NCBI RefSeq assembly: GCF_006345805.1
Contig: NW_021827858.1
Coordinates: 1-9,645, forward strand
Source: Octopus sinensis
Lineage: Eukaryota
Direction: 5' to 3'
DNA length: 9,645 bases
A program made the position numbers and the translations under genes. Positions 1 to 5,659 of this stretch are shown here, in pieces (position 1 is the stretch's first letter; every line of letters begins with the position of its first letter). Below the pieces are notes generated by a model. It was not told the DNA's origin and made no database searches. It saw only the letters and a program-made list of their open reading frames with translations.

Positions 1-232
1 AAAGGAAAGAGGTGAGGAGAGAAAGAAAGGAAGAAGTAAGGAATGAAAGAAAGTACGTTAGGATCACACGAAGTAGGTGCAGTAAGGGTTTGCATGATAA
101 AGGTGCAGTAAGGAACAGTCTTGGGGGCTGAAAAAAATACAATGAAATCGAAGGATTCCATTCCCCCAGTTTTCAATTGATCTTCGTTTGAGGCATGGCC
201 AGAGCAGCAAAGACGCGCCACTGGAGATTTGG

Positions 233-275
233 ACCACCACCACCACCACCATTACTACTACTACTACTACTACTA

Positions 276-322
<47 letters not shown>
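233..322. repeat. Compound trinucleotide microsatellite (ACC)n-(TAC)n
   Basis: accaccacc... at 233-250 then tactactac... to 322, with one interruption (tactatactac). Explains the poly-H/Y/T/V ORFs 64..252, 195..386 and 229..456. Confidence 0.97.
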
Positions 323-494
323 TATTGTATTATATAAGCGTAGATATATTGTACTTAAAACAACTACAAAGGCAAGAAAGAGGTGATGATCACGTTTGGA
401 GAGAGGCCTGCTTGATCAGATCTGACCAAACGAAAACCTGCATGGAGGGTCGTTAGACGAGAACGAGAGGAAAATAGTGAACGCTGGGAGAAAT

Positions 495-733
495 ATTTTT
501 TTGAAAAGAGAAAAGATAGAAGAGAGAGAGAGAGAAAAGGAAAAGAAAGACGGTTATGTGAGGAAGAGAAAGATGGACGATGGTTACGTGTGAGCAACGA
601 GGGAGAGAGAGAAAAAGAGAAAGATGAAGAGAGTGAGAGAAAAGGCGGGAGACGGGAGAGAGAGGAAGATAGAAAACGGTGAAGGAAGGAGGGGAGAAAA
701 AGGGAATTAGAGAAGGATGGAGGAAGAAAACAG
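495..733. repeat. Purine-rich (GA/GAA/GGA) low-complexity tract
   Basis: Plus strand is almost entirely A/G. Degenerate (GA)n runs. Confidence 0.85.
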
Positions 734-869
<136 letters not shown>

Positions 870-1204
870 GGAGTAAGACGTTCAAAATCTCTACCTCACT
901 GTGAATTAATGATCTGTCGTGTAATTGGAATATTTAATAATAATAATAAAAGGAGTTTGTAAAATATGTTAAGATTGGAATTTTGAAGTATTTTCTAAAG
1001 AGTGCAGACTTTAATAATTGATTTCTTTTAGTAATTCAAACTAATTAATATGCAAATTTCTTAATTGGAGTATAGATATTTTTACTGAAAATTAAATTTT
1101 ACATACTCTGTTTTGAAAGGTAAGTAGCTTGCGTAAAGTACCGAAACCCATACCCGTATTCTCCGATCATATGATTTTTTATAGGGGTTTAGTGAAAAAT
1201 ACGT

Positions 1205-1290
1205 TACTGGCGTCAATTTGTTTGAGCGAACCTTTGAAGCCGGTGCTCTAGTATGGCCGCAGTCTTAAGACTGAAACAAAATAAGAAGAT
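1205..1290 (+). mobile_element. SINE family A, isolated 3' end fragment
   Basis: ggtgctctagtatggccgcagtcttaagactgaaacaa matches the 3' end of the copy at 1787-1827 (ggtgccctagcatggccgcagtataatgactgaaacaa). Confidence 0.8.
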
Positions 1291-1322
1291 ACAAGACAAA
1301 AAGATAGAAAGATTGCCATACA

Positions 1323-1526
1323 AGCGCAGAAGTAGCTATGTGGTAAGAAGCTTGCTGTTCAACCACATGGTTACGGGTTCAGTCCCACTGCGTGACATCT
1401 TGAGCATATGTCTTCTTCTATAGACCCGGGCTGACCAGACCCATGTGAGTGGATTACGTAGCCGGAAACTGAAAGAAGCCCGTCGTATACATACATACAT
1501 TCATACATACATAATATAATATTATG

Positions 1527-1607
<81 letters not shown>

Positions 1608-1827
1608 GTGTGTGTGTGTGTGTGTGTGCGTGTGATATGTGTGTGTGTATGTGTGTGTGTCTTTGTGTCTGTGTTTGTCTCCCACCAACACTTGACGTTC
1701 GACAAAAGACCCCGATAGAATATATACCAAACTTGAAAACAGTGGGGATCAATTCATTCGATTCATACGACTACAGTTCTTCATGGTGGTGCCCTAGCAT
1801 GGCCGCAGTATAATGACTGAAACAAGG
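1323..1827 (+). mobile_element. tRNA-derived SINE family A (octopus-type), near full length, with internal microsatellite
   Basis: A-box-like TAGCTATGTGGTAAG (1333-1347) and B-box-like GGTTCAGTCCC (1376-1386). Body and 3' end align with the reverse complement of 7117-7488. Resembles octopus tRNA-derived SINEs (OK/OR1/OR2 group), but the exact family cannot be assigned without Dfam/Repbase. Confidence 0.88.
1485..1660. repeat. (ATAC)n-(TA)n-(TG)n compound microsatellite inside SINE A
   Basis: Direct reading. It lies between SINE anchors gcccgtc (1478-1484) and gtctttg (1659-1665). Confidence 0.95.
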
Positions 1828-1896
1828 AAGCGGTGAAAGATCCGGGTATACAGAAGGGAATATAATGGTTTCCGTTTCCAATAATAATGGTTTCTC

Positions 1897-2295
1897 AGAG
1901 CAGCGAACTGGCAGAATCGTTAGCACACCGGGCGAAATGCTTAGCGGTGTTTCGTCTTTCTTTACGTTCTGAGTTCAAATTCCACCGAGATCGACTTTAG
2001 CTTTCATCCTTTCTGGGTCGATAAATTCAGTACCGGTTGCGTACTGGGGTCGATTCAATCGACTTAATCCGTTTGCCTGTCCTTGCTTGTCCCCTCTATA
2101 TTTAGCCCCTTGTGGGTAGAAAAGAAATAGTATTTCGTGTGTCTTTACGTTCTGAGTTCAAATTCCGCCGAGGTCGACTTTGCCTTTCATCCATTCGGGG
2201 TCGATAAATTAAGTACCAGTTACGCACTGGGGTCGATGTAATCGACTGGGCCCACCCCAAAATTGCTGGCCTTGTGCCTAGAGTAGAAAAGAATG
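1897..2295 (+). mobile_element. tRNA-derived SINE family B, head-to-tail dimer flanked by a TSD
   Basis: A-box-like TGGCAGAATCGTTAG (1909-1923). B-box GTTCAAATTCC at 1973-1983 and again at 2156-2166. Unit 2 (2130-2295) repeats unit 1 from the mid-head. TSD ataatggtttctc (1884-1896) / ataatagtttctc (2296-2308). Inverted copy at 9362-9645. Confidence 0.9.
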
Positions 2296-2689
2296 ATAAT
2301 AGTTTCTCGTATTTAATAGAGGTACATGATGAAAACAACAGTGATGTTCTTGAATTAAGATGTCTTCCAGAATACTTTTAAAGCAAAAGAGATAGGAGAT
2401 GTGGAAAGAAATTTCTGGATCATTTTGATATGTTGTATATAATGTAAAAATATTCACGATTTTATTCTCAAAAGCAATCTGGACATAAGTTGGGGTCTGA
2501 TCAGCCCCAACTGGGTCACCTGGAGGGGAGGGTGTATGATGTTGAAAAACCAGAAACACCCGGTGATACCGGGCACATCACTGAAGATGTATCCAGATGC
2601 ATCAGTCATTGATGTATGTACACGACAATGTAATCATTTTTTATGAAAACAATTTAATTGAATCAGTTGAGATATATAGATTTATAGAT

Positions 2690-2820
2690 AGACAGATAGA
2701 GAGAAAGAGAGAGTATGAAAGTGAGAGAGAGAGAGTATGAAAGTGAGAGAGCATTATAAGGAAAGAAAGTGGGGATAAGAGTGAGAGAGAAAATGTTATA
2801 AGGATAAAGAAAAAGTAAAA
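2690..2820. repeat. Purine-rich tract with a 22-bp tandem duplication
   Basis: gagagagtatgaaagtgagaga at 2707-2728 and 2729-2750, followed by degenerate units. Confidence 0.8.
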
Positions 2821-2867
2821 CTGTTTTTTTCAGGAAATTCCTTGATTTACGCTTATAATTGTGCTGG

Positions 2868-3113
2868 TGGACCCATGAGGCCGGACTTTAAACAGGTTTC
2901 TATGACCCCATCCCACCTGGACAAGACGCCAGTCCGGCATAGAGTTAACTTCCCAGTTACTGACGGAACTCATTTTAGAACTGAGCACGAAGGAGCAACG
3001 TGAAATGAAGTGTTTTTGCTCAAGGACACAATGCCCCGACCGGTCCTGGAGTCAATACCGTGATTTAGCGATCGTCAGGGCAAAGGCCTAAGCTCTAGGC
3101 CACGCGCCTCCAC
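2868..3113 (-). mobile_element. tRNA-derived SINE family C (CORE-like central domain), diverged copy
   Basis: The reverse complement (gtggaggcgcgtggcctag...gtgtccttgagcaaaaacacttcatttcacgttgctcc...ggactggcgtcttgtccag...tagaaacc) aligns colinearly with 3924-4170. Confidence 0.85.
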
Positions 3114-3157
3114 GAAAGTCACTTGAAATAATATAAAATAATGTATATATACATATA

Positions 3158-3348
3158 CAGTAATCCCTCGACTATCGCAGGTGTTACGTTCCCAAAACTC
3201 CATTGCGATAGGTGAAAATCTGAGAAATAGAAACAGTACCGGGCTGTATATATTTTAAAATCATTTTTATAATTTGTATATGTTTATTTTATTATAAATG
3301 CAAAACAAACCACACTCTCACCTCCCGAGTTCCGTTTTCCTTACAGTA
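3158..3348 (+). mobile_element. Tc1/mariner Tigger(pogo)-like DNA transposon, left end
   Basis: TA (3156-3157) followed by CAGTAATCCCTCG, typical of Tigger-type TIRs. Subterminal inverted repeat ctatcgca (3172-3179) / tgcgatag (3204-3211). No clear right TIR, and the 3' boundary is approximate. Confidence 0.65.
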
Positions 3349-3435
3349 TGTGCGATTCTTTGTTTACCCATCTACATATATACGTGTTTATATATACATA
3401 CAACCACGTATATACATACATAAATACAAACATAC

Positions 3436-3477
<42 letters not shown>

Positions 3478-3610
3478 GACACATATATGCATACGGCATA
3501 TACACTCAACCCATACAACCGTTGACATACCAATATAGAGTGTGATGTACACATACTTGCATATACATACACACGTAGATAAACACATATGTACATACAT
3601 ATGCACATAC
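3349..3610. repeat. TA/CA-rich low-complexity tract including (TA)n-(GA)n
   Basis: (TA)n ~3436-3456 joined to (GA)n ~3456-3476, surrounded by degenerate (TACA)n. Confidence 0.9.
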
Positions 3611-3923
3611 TCCTAGCGGCATGTACCTGCGTAAGAAAACGAAACCTGGACTTCCGGCTGCATTAGTGTGTGCATCAGTCGGCTCCACTAATGGCGGCAT
3701 TTAAGTGCACGGGTCGGTCTTTGTATGTGAGTGGAGGGATTCCACTTGTCTTTATCAGTCTGAGCGCACGAGCTAATGATTACAGTAGGTACAGCACGAG
3801 TTAGTGTGTGTGAGCGTATGCATGTATGGACGTATGGATGAATGTAAAGGTGAGTCTATGACGTATGTAGTGACGCAGGTATTATGTAAACATGTTTGTG
3901 CACCTGTTTACATGTATATATAC

Positions 3924-4183
3924 GTGGAGGAGCGTGGCTTAGTGGTTAGGGTGTCAGCATCATGATCGTAAGATTGTGGTTTCGTTTCATGGACCGAGCG
4001 ACGCGTTTTGTTTTTGAGCAAAACACTTCATTTCACTTTGCTCCAGTCCACTCAGCTGGCAAAAATGAGTAACGCTGCGATGGACTGGCGTCCCGTCCAG
4101 CTGGGGGAGCATATACGCCGTAGAAACCGGGAAACCGGGCCCATGAGCCTGGCTAGGCTTTAAAAAGGGCGCGTTTATTATTA
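3924..4183 (+). mobile_element. tRNA-derived SINE family C (CORE-like central domain)
   Basis: A-box TGGCTTAGTGGTTAG (3935-3949), B-box-like GGTTTCGTTTC (3978-3988), central ttgagcaaaacacttcatttcactttgctccagtccactcagctg, and a (TTA)/(TA) tail. Second copy inverted at 2868-3113. Confidence 0.85.
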
Positions 4184-4208
4184 TATATATATATACATAT
4201 ATATATAT

Positions 4209-4239
4209 AAGCACAGGCGTGGTTGTGTGGTTAGAAGCT
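4209..4239 (+). mobile_element. SINE family A head, short 5' fragment
   Basis: aagcacaggcgtggttgtgtggttagaagct resembles aagcgcagaagtagctatgtggtaagaagct (1322-1352). The match is only 31 bp. Confidence 0.55.
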
Positions 4240-4262
4240 AAGTGCATAAACACCATTGATAG

Positions 4263-5050
4263 GTGAACATTTCCCGATTTGAAGCTAACGTATTTTCCCA
4301 TGTGATTGACTGCTTGGAGGATCTTGATTTAAATGTTGAGGAAATCCCCTTGGAAGGATTTCGGAGAATTCTGAAAAAAATCAGGAAATAATAAAACTGT
4401 TGGAATAGATGATAGCTTTGATGAATTTGTTAGATAGAAAAGGGTAGCGGAACCATACTTCAGCATTTACCTAAAATTCCTGTCTGATGTGTCCTAACAT
4501 TGGCGTCAAAACCTGATCTTTACGACCATAGGGGATACCACTTTCTGTGAGATTGGTCATTTTGATTACTTCCACCAAGTGCAGGAGACCATCACCTCCT
4601 ACAACCAGCTGTTTGACCCGCCGTCCAAGAATTTAGACCTGGAGATCTCCATTTCCAGCGACTTCGAGGGTCACCTCCCAGTCGTGTCGGGCGTCAACGA
4701 AGAGCCCTCAACAACAACAAGACGACCAAAGTTTTGTTTTCTTCCAAGGTCCGGGGTCTCCTACTCCTAAGCCCTAGACCATCACCTAATCACCCTTACC
4801 CGTCTTGTTGCTTAACAACAACAACAGCTGTTTTCCCCCGCTAGAAATGGTCCAAGACAAGGGGCTGGAAGTTAACCCAAGAAACCAAGCAACAATTCTC
4901 GTAAATTGTTGTTTTAATGTCGTTGAGAGCAGGGTATGATATTGGTCCAAGAAATTTCCAAACAGGTGACTCTATCAGAACTCTCCATTCCTTGAGAGGA
5001 CCAAACTAAGGTGACCAACGAGAAGAAGAGAACAAAATATAATTGAGTCG
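4263..5050 (+). pseudogene. Heavily decayed non-LTR retrotransposon ORF2 remnant, most parsimoniously the APE endonuclease plus linker
   Basis: With frameshifts and stops it reads ...IPLEGFRRILKK/SGNNKTVG...EPYFSIYLKF...NLIFTT...HFDYFHQVQETITS...DLEISISSDFEGH (GDFNxH-like, 4657-4674)...LDHHLIT (SDH-like, ~4774-4794)...TRGWKLTQETK. Motif order fits an APE domain, but the spacing implies deletions. 4320-4550 can alternatively be read as an RT N-terminus. Clade unassigned. Confidence 0.5.
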
Positions 5051-5104
5051 GGAATAGTAAACCGAAACAACCGAGTTTGAAGAAGGTATGAACTCACTGT
5101 GAAT

Positions 5105-5189
5105 ACAGTGGATGGCACTCACCTAAGGTCCCACGAAGTGAAACTGAACCCCCAACCTTGTGGTTAGGAAGCGAACTTCTTAAATGCAC
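5105..5189 (-). mobile_element. SINE family A, 5' fragment
   Basis: The reverse complement aagaagttcgcttcctaaccacaaggttgggggttcagtttcacttcgtgggaccttaggtgagtg aligns with 1345-1410. Confidence 0.8.
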
Positions 5190-5267
5190 AATTCTATATG
5201 AGTCTTTGTGCGGATGTTTCGCCAGTGTACACTGACAAATAATTGAAACATCGGCGGAAAATAAATG

Positions 5268-5333
5268 GCCTCTGCTGCTGAAGAGGAAGTAACCACTCCG
5301 AAATGCATGCATGCCACCGTCCAGTTAGAGGGC
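5268..5333 (+). ncRNA. Type I hammerhead ribozyme
   Basis: CUGAAGA (5278-5284). Helix II GGA(A)GU-aacc-ACUCC (5285-5299) with G10.1-C11.1. GAAA (5300-5303). GUC cleavage triplet (5319-5321). Helix I 5268-5277 pairs with 5322-5333 (4 bp, U bulge, 5 bp). Short helix III (A-U, U.G, G-C). Confidence 0.82.
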
Positions 5334-5390
5334 TCTGTGAGCTGACTCGCTGTGCTTACACCTTTCTGTCTACAGCGAGAAAGTCTCCCC

Positions 5391-5560
5391 ATGACAAAAT
5401 ACACTGAATGTCTTTCTTACGAGTTCGAATATGCCTCAAGAATATTTGAACTAGTAAAAAGTTTTATTTGTCACGGCTTAGCGATTTCAACCCGTATAAA
5501 AAAAGATGGTTCTATCGTAAATACAAAGAGCTAGTTATTGGTCAGTTTTTGACTAATTAG
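5391..5560 (+). pseudogene. Frameshifted ORF fragment MTKYTECLSYEFEYASRIFELVK / KFYLSRLSDFNPYKKRWFYRKYKELVIGQFLTN*, possible PLE ORF N-terminus
   Basis: ATG at 5391. Restoring one A in the A5 run (5456-5460) joins it to a 33-codon open frame ending TAG 5558-5560. The product is not identified. Confidence 0.35.
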
Positions 5561-5659
5561 ACACCTTTAACCAAACGAGGCTACTTCTCACTAAATATAA
5601 CAGTATATAATGTGAGTTACGAACTGATGGGAGTATGTTGTTAAGTGCAGCCGGGTTCG

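Larger units (their letters stand above)
5190..5650 (+). mobile_element. Putative Penelope-like element (or retrozyme) 5' region: pseudo-LTR with hammerhead plus the start of an ORF
   Basis: Inferred from the hammerhead, a short intron-like segment and a downstream ATG ORF. Boundaries are set by the flanking SINE A fragment and CR1-like LINE. No RT or GIY-YIG motif is visible. Confidence 0.45.

Noticed and set aside
75-113. 13-bp direct repeat aggtgcagtaagg at 75-87 and 101-113
   Set aside because: Only two copies with no further periodicity or element context. A small local duplication is sufficient.
395-475. Possible 3' end of a SINE/RTE-type repeat (…ctgcatggagggtcgttagacgag…)
   Set aside because: The resemblance is from memory only, highly diverged, and there is no second copy in the window.
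1117-1125. Perfect splice donor AAG|GTAAGT
   Set aside because: There is no plausible upstream exon, and ggtaagtagcttgc also matches the SINE A head, so a SINE remnant or chance explains it.
1371-1813. ORFs 1371..1730, 1522..1752, 1524..1718 and 1589..1813; likewise those in 3348-3700, 7650-7901 and 8112-9243
   Set aside because: Microsatellite-driven (YI/HT/VC repeats) with no domain-like sequence.
2015-2246. Regularly spaced GGGGTCGAT repeats as a CRISPR-like array
   Set aside because: The repeats are 8-9 bp, the 'spacers' are themselves duplicated, the context is eukaryotic SINE, and no cas genes are present.
2530-2601. Hammerhead pieces: GUA (2534-2536) with helix tgatgt/acatca, GAAACACCC pairing with GGGTGT, and CUGAAGA (2581-2587)
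   Set aside because: The order NUH, GAAA, CUGA is not a circular permutation of a hammerhead. Helix II has only 2 bp, no GAAA follows CUGAAGA, and a stronger local hairpin (2559-2573) competes.
1323-4000. tRNA-like sequences at 1323-1390, 1897-1985 and 3924-3990 as tRNA genes
   Set aside because: A and B boxes are present, but there is no cloverleaf or acceptor stem, and each continues into a SINE body that is repeated elsewhere in the window.
4320-4550. Reading as an RT N-terminus (KKSGNNKTVGIDD…W RQNLI…GDTTFC), with downstream RPIT and QEFRPG motifs
   Set aside because: Not excluded, but the downstream motif spacing is wrong and RT-before-APE order would require two elements. The single APE reading is more parsimonious. 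A profile search is needed to settle it.
4715-4810. 10-bp inverted repeat caacaagacg (4715-4724) / cgtcttgttg (4801-4810)
   Set aside because: Short, partly built from (CAA)n low complexity, and with no TSD, so it is not supported as MITE termini.
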